A stretch of DNA of 63,986 bases, filler included, from Trypethelium eluteriae (Eukaryota): the NCBI GenBank assembly GCA_051942245.1. It is 3 parts of 3 records of this genome, joined end to end, with 100 filler letters (N's around TTAATTAATTAA, not from the genome) between each part and the next. Parts side by side here need not be neighbours in the genome. Positions count along the whole stretch, not along the records: positions 46,962 to 63,986 come from JAVECL010000601.1; 2 more parts are not named here. The stretch is one strand, 5' to 3'. The position numbers were made by a program, and so were the translations under genes. Below the pieces are notes generated by a model. It was not told the origin of the DNA, did not search any database, and was given only the letters and a program-made list of their open reading frames with translations. Below are positions 48,945-62,165 of the stretch, one piece after another. The number at the start of each line of letters is the position of its first letter. Within the stretch, counting starts at the first letter, position 1.

Positions 48945-51782
48945 ATGACCCGACGACCTAGCGCCATTTCCATTGCTCCCATTTCTCCTCGACCTTCTCT
49001 CGCACCTACTCTGTCGGCCCGTTCCATCAATCGCCGCCTGTCGGCCATCGAGCATGGCACCGAAGATCCCAACACCCCTGCCGAACATGCGATTACCGAA
49101 GAGATCAATGAGATAAAACGCTATGAGGACTTCACCACCATCGACTGGGTCCAAGATGCTGCCCACGAGCAGCTTCGTCGAAAAGCGCGAAGGCAAGAGA
49201 AGGCTGGGTTCTTCGAGCGCGAGGGCGGGATAGGATGGAGAAGAAAGCTCTGGGAGAGCTATGATGCTGGCCAGGGCTGGATTGTCGTCAGTATCATTGG
49301 AGCAGCTATTGGACTCAATGCGGCGTTCTTGAATATCGTTACAGAGTGGTTAAGTGATATCAAACTGGGGTATTGCACTACGGCGTTCTATTTGAATGAG
49401 CAGTTTTGCTGCTGGGGCGCTGAAGAAGGTAGGACTCTCCCAATGAGTCAACCTGCACACGTGAGAATTGAGTTGATGATCTAAAGGCTGTGAGCAATGG
49501 CATCGCTGGAGTTTTCTGTTGCCTATAAATTATTTACTCTATATCCTTATCTCGGTTCGTTCTCTCCTACTCAGAGTTCCGCCTTCTCACAGGTACTGAC
49601 AGATGGAAGATTCTCTTCGCTTTTATTTCGGCCCAATTAGTGAGATCGTTTGCTCCTTATGCCGCTGGCTCTGGTATTTCAGAAATCAAATGCATCATTG
49701 CGGGCTTTGTCATGCAGGGATTCCTTGGTTTCTGGACCCTCCTGATCAAGTCTATCGGTCTTCCTCTGGCAATCGCCTCTGGCTTATCGGTGGGCAAGGA
49801 AGGCCCTAGCGTTCACTACGCGGTATGTACCGGCAATGTCATTGCCCAACTCTTCGACAAGTACAAACGCAACGCTGCCAAGATGCGGGAGATCCTCAGT
49901 GCCACTGCTGCAGCTGGGGTCGCCGTCGCTTTTGGGAGTCCTATCGGTGGAGTACTCTTCTCCCTGGAGGAAATGTCGAATTACTTCCCACTCAAAACGA
50001 TGTGGCGGAGTTACTTTTGTGCTTTGGTGGCTACAGCGGTTCTTGCAGGTCTTAATCCCTTTCGGACAGGTGCCCTGGTCATGTTTCAGGTGAAATATGA
50101 TAGAGATTGGCATTTCTTCGAAATCGTCTTCTACATCATTATTGGTATTTTTGGGGGACTCTACGGCTCTTTTGTGATGAAATGGAATCTGCGAGCTCAG
50201 GCGTTTCGGAAAAAGTACCTGACCAAATACGCGGTCTTGGAGGCATGCCTATTGGCTGGTTTCACAGCAATCGTTTGCTATCCAAACATGTTTCTGCGAA
50301 TAGACATGACTGAGGCGATGGAGATACTCTTTAGGGAGTGCGAGGGAGAGGTAGTGCATGAGGAGCTCTGCGAGTAAGTCTTCCGAAGGGTACGTCCTAC
50401 TTCGCTGCACAATCGGACTGATACATTTCAGCATCCAGAATCGGTGGCCGATGATATTGTCCCTGGCTATGGCAGCAATACTCCGAACCTTTCTAGTCAT
50501 CATATCGTACGGTTGCAAAGTACCAGCGGGAATCTTCGTGCCTTCCATGGCAATAGGGGCATCTTTCGGGCGAATGGTTGGTATCATAGTGCAAGCCTTC
50601 CATCTGGCTTTCCCAGATTCCTCATTTTTTTCCACATGCGAGCCGGACGTACCGTGCATCACGCCTGGTACATATGCCTTCCTTGGAGCAGCAGCTGCAC
50701 TAAGCGGTATCATGCATATCACGGTCTCAGTGGTGGTCATCATGTTTGAACTCACCGGTGCTCTGACATACATTTTGCCGACCATGGTAAGTCAAGACTG
50801 CGGAAATGTTAAAAGGTGGCATCTGCTGACTAGAGTTGAGATTGTCGTCGGCGTCACTAAGGCCGTTAGCGACCGATTCGGCAAAGGAGGAATAGCGGAT
50901 CGCATGATCTGGTTCAATGGCTTCCCCTTCCTGGATAATAAAGAGGATCATACCTTTGGAGTACCGGTGTCACAGGTCATGACGAGTCATCTTACCCTCC
51001 TCCCTTGTTCCGGCTTAGAGCTGCGGCATCTCGAAAAAATCATGACGGAAAATATTTTCCAAGGCTACCCGATTGTAGAAGAGCGTGGCTCAAGAGCCCT
51101 CGTTGGGTATATTGGTCGAACTGAGCTCCGCTATGCTATCGATCGCGCAAAGCGGGCACAAGTCGTTCCGCCACGTGCGAAATGTTATTTTACAGCAAAG
51201 CCTGAGAGACTCGGCCTGGGCAACGAGTCTGCTGGACCAGCCATCAACTTTGATGACATGGACGCAACCAGAGACCAGCTCGCTGTCGACTTCAGTCGAT
51301 ACATTGACCCGACTCCAATAACCGTCCATCCTCGCCTACCATTGGAAACGGTCATGGAACTTTTCAAGAAGATGGGGCCACGGGTGATTCTCGTTGAGTA
51401 TCGTGGGAAGCTTACAGGACTTGTAACTGTCAAAGATTGTCTAAAATATCAGTTCAAAGCCGAGGCACATGACAATCCTCGTGAGGACTCTCGATTTGCA
51501 GGACAGCAAGAGCGGCTGTGGAGTTTAATCAAACTAGCAGCTGCCTGGGTGGCGGCGAAGATCACAAGTGTGACGAAAGGAAGGATCAAGCTGGGTGAAC
51601 ACGATATTGGTCTGCAGAGAAGTGCACCTACGATCGTTGAGCCCTCAGGTCTAGTGACCAGCCCTGCGACTACAAGAGGAGTCATGAGGGGAGAAGTTGA
51701 AAGCGTGGATGGTACTGCTTGGGAGGAAGAAGGCATGGAGCTTGAAGATCATTTTCCACTGACAGGAACTGGAGGTTCATAG
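48945..51782 (+). CDS. CLC voltage-gated chloride channel/antiporter with CBS domains (Gef1-like)
   Basis: YEDFTTIDW, GSGISE, GKEGP, FSLEE, GIFVP, FELTG and two CBS domains. Introns 49429-49486, 49555-49609, 50374-50431, 50787-50840. Confidence 0.96.
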
Positions 51783-52338
51783 TAGCTGTACATTTCAGCA
51801 CAGATAATACTAACCCCCTTACCAAACACGATGGAATTTCAATTTCGAAGTAGCAGACCCAATGCGTCCACGCTGTAAGTGTAATAAATGGAGCGAAAAT
51901 TCTGGTGAGATTGCATGGTACTTTAGATCACATGACAGCGCGTTTTGGACGTACCGTGCCCGCTGGCTTTTGCACTCATCACATCAGTTGCGTGCAGTAC
52001 AATGGCTTTATTTAGCTTTGCATCCGAACTCGGCAGAATTTGGTCACGCAAAAGAACATTATTAACGCAATGAGCATACTTGTGATGCTTCGTGTGGAAT
52101 ATTGGTAGGCGGGACCTGTCGAACTACGCATGTAGCTTCATCATGACCAAAAACTCTGTAGATCTATTCAGGCTATACAGGTCTATCGAATGGTCTCTAA
52201 ACTGAGAGGTGAGAATCCTGCAGCTAGTGCTAATTATACCTAATTGGACAAGTAGATCCACGGCAAGGCTGAGCCAATGGCTGTCAAAGCCATGAAATCT
52301 GACCCAGATCAACCTCTGCGCAGTGGCAAACTTGGCTC

Positions 52339-54370
52339 TCACGATCTCCTGAGGTACAATACTATCAGCCCCAGTAACCTGTAACCAGCAATGATGCCGA
52401 TTAAAATTCCTATCCATGTCCCTTTTTCGTCGAGACTGTAACCATACACAGCTAATACTCCTTTCCCATCAATCTTGCACTGATCCGCCAACTCCGATTG
52501 ATACATGCAGTGACAACCTGTTCCACAGGAGTAGACCCGATTACCGAACTCATTCACCATCATCCCTTGGAATACGTAGCTCTGGTAATCGATATAGTGG
52601 AAAACGTAGCGCCAGAAGGGATTCAGATTATGCGGCTCAACCATAAAGCCACCTACACTCATCCAAAGGCCGTTTGCAAAAGCGGTCGCCGCCAGGGCAA
52701 CGACAAAGATCGGGACCAGGCTCGATATAAGAACCACCAAAGACTCGGCAGCTAGTAGATCGAGGAACAGCCAGAGAACCCACCAAAAAAAGGCAGACCC
52801 CGTAGGACGAAAGTTGCAAAGCCAGTAAGCTATGATAGAGAAGAGCATCGTGATGATGACTAACAAAGTATCAGTATCAGTCGTCAAGAGAGTAGTTTCT
52901 CATACTCACATAGAAAGGGAATCCCAGTGATGAAGTTGGCGACCATGAACGACGTTGGACCATACAGTCCGTTGGCGCGTTCCTTGATGAAGAGGGACCT
53001 ATCCTCCAGAAAAGCCGGGATGTATGCGACTGCCATGAAAGACATGAAAGCACCTCCGAAAAAAATGGCGTTGATAAGAGCTTGAATATTGTCTTGTGTG
53101 GCGCCAAGTCGCAGCCAAACTGTACCCATCATGATGGCAAGGCCCATGTACATGGCAATCCGAATACCATACGCTATAACATCGCGATAGCTCTTGATCC
53201 ACGACCGATGGACCAACGTGAGCGGTAGAAGTAGCCTGCTTGGAGAAGCTCTGGATCCTTCGATGCTTACATTGGCCTCTGGTGTTGGCTCTGCTTCGTT
53301 TTCTTTGACTACAAGCTGGGCGTACTTGGACTTGCTCCACTCGTCGTGCATCCACCTAAGTTTTTGACTAGACTCCTCCTGGTCTTGAGCGAAATCGGTG
53401 TTTACAAGCTCAATCATGAACTCCGCCGGGTTCATGTACAGCGGTATTTCCGTTCCGATGGATTTGAAGTAGTCGTGGATATCAGAGACAAGACCGTTGT
53501 ATACTATCAAACCTTGGGATAGCAAAAGCAATTTGTCGAATAGACGAAACGTTTGGGTCGACGGCTGGTGAATACTAGCAATGACAAGAAGCTATTAATA
53601 TCAGCTAAGTTCAAGACTTTATCACAGTTTGCAGAAGCTCACTTTGTGTTTTGTAGCAAGGCTCTTGATATAAGAAATGACTTCGTAGCTAGCAGCCGAG
53701 TCAAGACCACTGGTCGGTTCGTCAAGGAATAATATCCGAGGCGCTGTGATCAACTGACTTGCCACACTGACACGTCGTTTTTGGCCGCCACTTATTCCTT
53801 TCCGAATCGGTGTGCCTATTAAGTTGTGGCGCTGGTTCCGAAGTCCGAAGGAGGCGATAAGGGTATCAATTCTAGCCATACGTTCGGACTTGCTAATGGA
53901 GCTACGAGCGAGCTCAGTCAATTGGGTCAGATATCGGCCAGCTTCAGGACGCACCTTGGTAAGGAAAGTTTTGCAGCAAAGCTCATTGTTTCCTCTACAG
54001 TCAGGGCGCCGGTCAAAGCATCTTCTTGCTCAACGAAGCAACTGATTTTGCGAAATGCTCGAGAAGAGGGCGTCTTGCCGTTGATGTACAGCGATTGTTG
54101 GACAGTCGTTCCTTTCAACACCTCTCTGTTTGCAAGAACATTGAGAAGGGTGGTCTTTCCGCTTCCACTTGGCCCCATGAGAGCGAGGAGCTCTCCGGCC
54201 TGGACAAAGCCATTGATATTCTGCAAGATCGCCTTTGGTTGCTTCGTTCGACGATCTGTGACAGTTACCGAGACGTTATCCCACGCATAGCTTTGTATGC
54301 TATCGTTGGTGAGATAAGTCTCGTTGGCGAAGCCTTTTTCTGTGTCCTCCCGGGTAGAAAAGTGCCCCAT
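52339..54370 (-). CDS. Half-size ABCG (white-type) transporter
   Basis: Walker A GPSGSGKT, signature ISGGQKRR, LDEPTSGLDS, SIHQPS, NPAEF, C-terminal ABC2 membrane domain (KERANGLYG). Introns 53902-53954, 53592-53642, 52860-52909. Confidence 0.95.
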
Positions 54371-57300
54371 CTCTTCGTCAAGTAGGGCCCTTGGGCGACG
54401 GAGGTTCTAATGCGAATCCCAAACTAGATATTCTTCCACTAAGGGAAGAAGAACGCCGTCTAGCAATGCGGATAATGGATTCGAAACGCATAGAAAAGAA
54501 AGCGCCACGTATCGATGGACATACTTAGGATGAAATAGATCTTAGCTTCGTACCCGGCACATCACCAATGAATAGGGCGATCCAGGCGACCTAGTACCTT
54601 TCAGCCGGTGCGGGAGAGCATGAGCCATGCACACAGGTACGTCCGCATGCGAACAGCCCAGAAGAGTTCTTCAGACGTCTCCGCCCTGGTCGGCGACCTG
54701 CCTCACCGTCATCTACCAGGACAACGCAGGCGGCAACAAAGACTGGGCTGGCAGACTGCGGTATGTATCACAAACCCGACTAAAACACCACCACAAGCCG
54801 CAATCTTCAGCCAAGCCAAAAATGGATCTGACGCCAGTCTGATTAGTTAGCATCTCGATGTCTCATAGGCGGACCAGGTCGCCGACCTCAACCCACTAGA
54901 GACTCATGCACTGAAGCGGCTGAAAGTGTTATTAACGCGGCCCCACTAGACTGTTGCCACATTCCTTGCATTGCGTTCGCGGCATGTTTCACCAACTTCG
55001 ATTCCCATGTCCGAGATCCACGACTTGCATGAGCATGCTCTTATGCAAGATGATGAAAATCGCTGCTGAAGGAGGAAATTCGAAATGCAGAGTTCTCCCT
55101 CTAATCTGGATTCGTCAACCTTCTTGCGCAAATATCTCAAATGGAGTAGGCCTAAAAAGGCGAAGGGGTTCATTGAAGGATCCCGCAGATATTTAAACCC
55201 GACGCTAGAAAAAGTTTCTCCCCTTATCACTCTATGGGTCCGCTCGCATAAACTGCTCAAGTCTCCAATCAGCGATCTGGGAATTGAAATCTAATGGATT
55301 CCAAGCCAAAGTGTGGCCAGAGGCTGCCACCCTGTCCGCACGGATTGACAGTATCGTACGGAGTACCTCTATTCTAAGGCATTCTCTTATTTAAAGGCAG
55401 CGAGAACACCGTCCGTACTTTACGGAGTAGTGGGAGCGACGTCATTAGTCCTTCCGAGTCGAACTGACTTACCTTGATTCGATTGTAGTATTCGAAATAG
55501 TAAGTAATTCTACTCATCCTCAAAAATTTGGTCATTATCAATCTCCATGTTTGGAAAGCGTTATGCGACGCAAGGATGATCCGCTAGCATACGATAGTCG
55601 CAGTTCTAACAAGCTACCTAATGCGAATGGCCTGGTTACTCATCTTTGACTCCGCATGTAAAGTCGACAAATGAGACCAATACTCTTCTCCCAATATCTT
55701 AATTCGTTAGTCTACCCGTGCCCTCTCTAATGAGTTGGCGCTGCTATTTAAGAGCAACGATTAGATAAGACCAGAGTACTGCAGGACTCCACCCCGCTAT
55801 TCTACCGTAAGTCGACCTCCTGTCTAAAACCCCTCCCCTCCGACAGCTCTTTTGACTAAGAGCCATCATTCTATTGGAGAGCCTCCTTGTAGGAGCTGCA
55901 TTGAGTCTGCAAATCGCTCCATGTAGAATAACTTCACGAATCCTTCTCTATGCACATTGTCCGCCTTTCCAAAAGACCTCCCGTGAAAAGTCTTTCCTTC
56001 GGAATGTCACGGATAAATTTAGGCAATAAAACCCTAATAATTCTGGACGATGACTCGTTTCGACTGGGTAGCAGAAATGGCAACTAAGGCAAGACAGGAG
56101 ATTCGGATCGGAGGGACTTCGGGCAGGAGGATCTCCGGAGAGGCGGGCCGATGGGTAAGATGGTTGCGAGGCAGGATTATACACGACTCGAGCAAGCTTC
56201 CTGGTTGATGTTAGGAGCTTTCTGACAGGAGGGCTACTCTCTCTAGAAGAGCGAGTAGGATATGCTTCGGATAAGAGGTAAGAAAGTTGCCACATAGAGT
56301 AGATAAGGTATAGAATGCCCCTTTTATAAGGTTGATTGATGGTGCCCATAACTTACGAGACAAATGGGAGTTCTATAGCACTGATAATCATCTACTGAGA
56401 TTCAGGCCCCGATCTCGATCGATAACGCTGAAATCGAAAGCCTCCATTACTCTGGTACCTCACCTCGGTAATTACTCACGCATTGGAGGGTTCGTAGATA
56501 CTCTGGCTATGTATCTCTGTCCAGGTCTCAAGATATACGTAATATGTACCCTGGACAAGGCCATGATTCAACGCATTCGCCTTCAGGCAACAGTAGCCGA
56601 CTATTCAGGATCGCCGGAAAGTAAGTCGGAAACCTAGGGTGGAGCTGCTCCTGAACTCCGACATCTCCAGATTCTCCAGATTCAATACCCTCTTTGATCT
56701 CATGTCTTTGGGTTATCGGTCCAGCGGCCTAACTTGAATCATGCCAATACGCAAACCGTGTTGGTTATGTGCAGGGCCTGACCCTTCTTCCCCTCTTACC
56801 GAAAATAAGGTCTTGGCCAATCTACTTCAGGTCAAGCAGATGAATACGGTAAACGAGGTACTAGATCCTGGGTCCTGAAACTCTCCAATTCCAAATTCAG
56901 AGATCAGGAATACAATTCTTAGGGCTAGACTTGAATTTTTCGGGAGAAACAATATGCATTGACTTGAGAGGCTGACGATATGGAGCTAATAGCTCTGTGG
57001 GCTATGTCTGACATGCATATGAGCCGCTTCAACATGAGCCGAATGGATAAGAAAGGTCGGACGAGCCTGTGAGATCTCGAGTATGGAGTAGACTAGGCAG
57101 GGTCACACCGCATACGCCGTCGTTATTCGCTATACGTGACCGAGTAGTTGCATCCGGAACTGCGCTAGGCTATCATTGTACCCGACGGACGATCTTTATG
57201 CACCTGCATCAACGGACAGAGGCTGCTATAAAGTTGCCTTTTTGGCTTCTAGGTTCGGCATAGCAGCCACACACGGGTTCGCTTGCTATAAGTCACCTCC

Positions 57301-57374
57301 CTCTCTCGTTGCCCCCAAGAGGCCTTCCTAGAGCAGCTTCTTTTTTATTTTCCTGGTGGCTTGTCCTGATCCTG

Positions 57375-59205
57375 ATGCGTACCATTATCCCCTTCTCGAC
57401 CCTTAAGTGTGAAGCTTTGAGCGGGAGTCTTCTGAATGTTTACGATAATCATATTGAAAAAATAAGAAAAAATGAATATCCGCTCCTCCGTGGTAGGATG
57501 ATGTCTCGGATTCATGCAGTATCCACTTGCTAATGGCAGCTCGTCAGAACAAACTTACCTTGATCATGCAGGAACTACGGTTAGTCTGCAGATCCTCCAT
57601 CAAACCCAATATCTAATCTTTCCAAGCTCTATGCTAAGACCTTAATCGAACGTTTCTCGAAAGACCTCAATTCCCATATATATGGCAATCCCCATTCAGA
57701 CTCGACTCCATCTGCTCTAAGTGGTGCTCGGATCGACAAAGTCCGTGAACGGGCCCTGAGGTTTTTCAACGCTAGCCCTGACGAATTTGACTTGGTTTTC
57801 GTGGCAAATGCAACAGCAGCAATCAAGATCGTGGCAGATGCGTTTCGAGATATCTCGTCCAACCCTGGCAATATCGAGACACCTACCGGGTTCTGGTACG
57901 GTTGGCATCGTGATGCACATACCAGCCTCGTTGGCATTCGCGAGGTCAATAGCGGATCCAATCGCTTCTTTCACTCTGATGAAGACGTCCAGCGCTGGAT
58001 TGATGGTGGATGCAATGGACAGGATAGCCCCCTTGGCCTCTTTGCATATCCCGGGCAGTCGAACATGACCGGCAGAAGATTGCCCCTAAAATGGTGAGTA
58101 AATTACTTCTCGACCATCCATCCAAAATACTCACACCAGCAGGCCTGGCGAGATCCGAGCCACCCAGGCGGCTCACAGCGCCTCAAACCAAATCTACACC
58201 CTCCTCGACGCCGCCGCCCTCAGCACCACCCGCCCGCTCGACTTCGGCGACTCCTCGGCAGCCCCGGACTTCACCGCCCTCTCCTTCTACAAGATCTTCG
58301 GCTTCCCCGATCTAGGCGCCCTCATCGTCCGCAAGGCGTCCGCGCACCTCCTGACCCACGGGCGCCGCTATTTTGGGGGCGGCACCGTGGAGATGGTGAT
58401 CTCGCAGCCGGCGGCGGCGGAGTGGCACGCCAAGAAGCAGACGCAGCCGCACGCCAGCCTCGAGGACGGCACGCTGCCCTTCCACTCCATCATTGCGCTC
58501 GACCACGCGCTGGACACGCACGCCGCGCTGTTCGGCTCCATGGCGCTCGTCTCGGCGCACACGGCGCATCTCGTGCGCGAGCTCCATGCGCGGCTGACGG
58601 CGCTGCGGCATGCGTCCCCGGAGGGGGCGCCGGTGGTGCGGGTCTATAATGATGAGGGTGCGGTGTATGGGGGTGCAGTGACGCAGGGAGCGACTGTGGC
58701 GTTCAATGTGCTTCGAGCGGATGGGACGGTGGTCGGGTACGCGGATGTGGAGCGTGCGGCGGATAAGGAAGGGATTGCGGTGCGTAGTGGTTCGCTGTGT
58801 AATCCGGGGGGGATGGCTGGGTATCTAGAGTGGGGAGCAGGTGAGATGCGTGAGGCGTATGCGAACGGGCATCGGTGCAGTGATCCGGTACAGCTGGTGG
58901 ACGGGAAGCCGACTGGGGTGGTGAGGGTGAGTCTGGGGGCGATGAGCACTATGAGGGACGTGAAGAGGTGGGTGGAGTTCGTGGAGGGGAGGTATGTTGA
59001 GGCAGGCAGGCAGATGGGTAAGACGGAACAGACTCGATTGCGCCCTGCGTTGCCAATCGCGTCCGGTGCTTCTATGGTCAAGGTGCCTCAGGTGAAGGAG
59101 GTCGTGGAGGTGCAAAACGTGGAGCCACTAGATGCTGCAAGATCGAAGCGGCGATGGGTCTGTGTCAGATTGCCGAAGCTTATTTCGCATGGGAATCGTG
59201 CATGA
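57375..59205 (+). CDS. Molybdenum-cofactor-sulfurase-like PLP-dependent cysteine desulfurase lacking the MOSC domain
   Basis: YLDHAGTT, YGNPHS, FVANATAAIK, HTSLVGIRE, YPGQSN, LLDAAA, SFYKIFGFPDLG (PLP Lys), FGGGTV, EDGT, RSGSLCNPG, RVSLGAMS. Introns 57493-57547, 57580-57626, 58094-58142. Start codon tentative. Confidence 0.88.
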
Positions 59206-59531
59206 GATTGTGTACTAGAAGAGCGGCGTTAATGCTTTTCAAATCTTATTGGGTTGGAAATACTTGATGTCAACTGGTGTGTTCTACTCAGCATAATACA
59301 AGCAGACCACAGGTGACCACGAGTGTACATTACTAATTCGAATACAGGCTAGAGGTCCAGAAGTTTGCATCTCAACCCTAAGAAGAAATTGTTACGATCA
59401 ATGGTGGGTCTTTTGATTCCAAATAAAAGCTATGTCTGCAGGTATGCCCTCCACAGACATATGGAAAAAGCAAATACTTCTTCACCGGTCGGTTGTGAAG
59501 TCTATTTCCCTATATGTCCGTGATTATGCGA

Positions 59532-61690
59532 TCACTTTTTAACCATCTTAAGTAACGGTGCGATTCGAGCCCTTCGACTCAGACCAACACGGTATGTGAC
59601 TTTGCCCTTGCCAGCTGGAGAGCGTTGCGCAGGACTTCTGTCTGGCTCAGCCTTCTCCGCCGTAGTCGTGATAGCGACCGTAGGCAATGTCAATTCGACG
59701 GGGGATTCTTCGGTCGCCGGTCGATCTGGCGTTATTTTTTGTGACTCTTCTTTTGCCGGGGAGCTCTCTTTCATCAAAGTGCGGGCATTCACTTGAACCT
59801 CCTTCAGAGGTTCGTTCGCCGAAGTTGCGACTTCGTTTCCATCTTGCTGTTCTGATTTGTCCCCTCGCGATGACTGATCCCGGACTTTTCTAGGTCGCCC
59901 GCGTCCCCGCTTGGTCGGTGGAGGGTCGGATCTTCTGCTTCCTTTGGTGGCTTGCTGTGCATCATCGGCGGCACTGTGAGTGTTTGTGCCAGGGTCTGAA
60001 ATCTTCTGGTTCTCTCCAGTACTATTATCCTCAGAGTCCTGCATTTCCGAAGGTATTCGACTTTCGTCAAAATGAGTAGGTTTCCGGCGCTTTGCTTTTC
60101 TGGAGCCCTGCTTCGAAGAAACGCTCGATCTGGGTGATCTCCTGTCTGTACCGGGCGTGATCTCGACATGCGATAAGGAAGTTGCCACTTTCCCGGTAGC
60201 TGGCCCAATATTGAGATCAAGTCCTGCTTCGTCGGGCGTCAATTGTACCGCTTGTTCTGATAATGCAGTGGACATGCTTATCTCATGATTAGCTGCAGGA
60301 TAATGTTGAGGTGCATTCGACCGATTCTCATCAGGCCGGTCCAGGCTGATCTCGCCGTTCAAAGAATCTTGTGTACTGCTTGGAGGTCGGCGACATAGAC
60401 GATCGACTGCCCGCTCAACGTCCCCTTGGAGCTCCCTCAATGCTTCTTTTGCCCGAGACGGACTAAATCCCGTAGAGACAATGGAGGCTAGCTTCGACGC
60501 TGAGTCATTGTGATTTTTCGCGAACTCCGCATCTGCATCAGTGGTCTTTCTCCTCCTATTCCTGGACACTCTTTCTGGTCGGACTGACAAATCAATAGGT
60601 CCCTCTTCAACACGTGCAGATCGCGAGCGGCTTGGACGCGGCTTGTACTGCTCTTTCGGGAGTCCGATCGCTACCTCGTCGGAAGAAAGGTTGGCCTGGC
60701 TTAGATCCGTGGCATTCCGAGAAGGTGGCTTGCCAGGCGCCTGTTCTCTGTCCACCTCTTCGCCTGACTGCAGGACTTGCGAATCATCAACTCCAGGGGA
60801 AGCGGGGGACACATCATTCCATGATCCACTTTGTCCCATGTGTTCACAACAGTTTTCGCCCGAAATTTTACGACGCTTCCGTCGTTTGTCGGGCCGCACT
60901 TGGTCCAGTAGAGATACTCCCGGGTCTCGAGTGGTCCTCGAAGCTGATTCGTCTGCACGTGGTTCTTTGCTTGCCAAACTGCTTGGTGATGTTGACCATA
61001 GTATGGATGAACTAGCGGTGTGTTGTTCGAGACCATCGGGCTTCTCATTGGGGGCGGTGACAATATGATTCGAAGCAAGCGCATCTTCAACAAGTTTTTG
61101 CTGGGTGGAACTTCCTGCAATGACCGTGCTTGACGCATCAGGAATACCATTCAACGGTGCTTGCTCTTGAGACTTTATGACTGGTGACGTGGCCATGGCG
61201 GCTTCAATGTCAGGCCTTTCGCTGAATGATACTGTATAGAGTCTACTCTTCTCGTTCCACTTTACAGGACTACTCAATTGAGCCACGTGCGACTCGCGAG
61301 GAGAGTTGTATGTTTTCTCTGACTTGCATCTCGGAATTTTGATTTGAGGGGATGGCGTTTCTTCGGCTGTCCTTCTCCTCTTTGGACGTTGCTGCGAACA
61401 CAATTCATAGGGCTCGGCGTCCTGGTCCGCGTGGTGGGCTGGAGGTTGAGACGGGGTTTGTTCGAAAAGGGCTCGATGTACATCTTGAATAGCTCGGCGT
61501 GCAACATCTGTAGATGTTATCATTGGTATAGAAATGTTTGAATAGCCGTACCAACAGAGCCCATGTGGGTTATAGCACTTTCTCCCTTAGGGGTGACATT
61601 ATCCTCATTGGCACCACCAATATCTTCCGCAGGTCGTGTAGCAGCAAGATCATCTTCCTCATCTGAGTCCTGTATGATGAACTGCTTCAT
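59532..61690 (-). CDS. Disordered nuclear protein with UBA-like domain and AT-hook
   Basis: IIQDSDEED near the N-terminus; intron 61508-61551. GLPKEQYKPRPSRSRS, UBA-like IVSTGFSPSRAKEAL...GDVERAVDRL, AT-hook KRGRGRPRK, C-terminus YRVGLSRRARIAPLLK. Confidence 0.78.
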
Positions 61691-62165
61691 TAGATTGGGT
61701 TTTGGCAATACGTCACAACGATTGCCTGTGCGGGGTTTCCCTACAAGGTCGTTGTTTTTATCTAGAGGGGTCGACAGCGTGGAGGGAAGATGACGCGACT
61801 CATGTCGAAAATGACGCGAAAGCACGTGAGCGCACGGTCATCTTCCTGATCACCACCTTGGTACAGAGTACCTATCGACTGAAATCTGAACTCTTCACCG
61901 TACCTTTCCTGAATGTCAAGAAACAATTTGGCGCAGCACGTCTCAACTATTACAGCATATCATTTTACAGGATGGCTGCAACCAGGAGCTTAGAATCGGT
62001 CTCGATCCGGTACTCAGTAAACGGCCTAGTAATGTTGACCGAACTACAGCAGCTTGCGGAGCGAACGCTTCACTCGTTTTGGGCTTCACGAAGTGACGAT
62101 TACAGTTTTATGCAAACCTCGTCGAATTTTAAACAGTTCCTTGTCTAACGCCACAGACCTGACCT

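Noticed and set aside
55690..56640. Possible RIP-degraded transposon or decayed gene
   Set aside because: Somewhat TpA-rich with broken frames, but no terminal repeats and no transposase or RT motifs seen.
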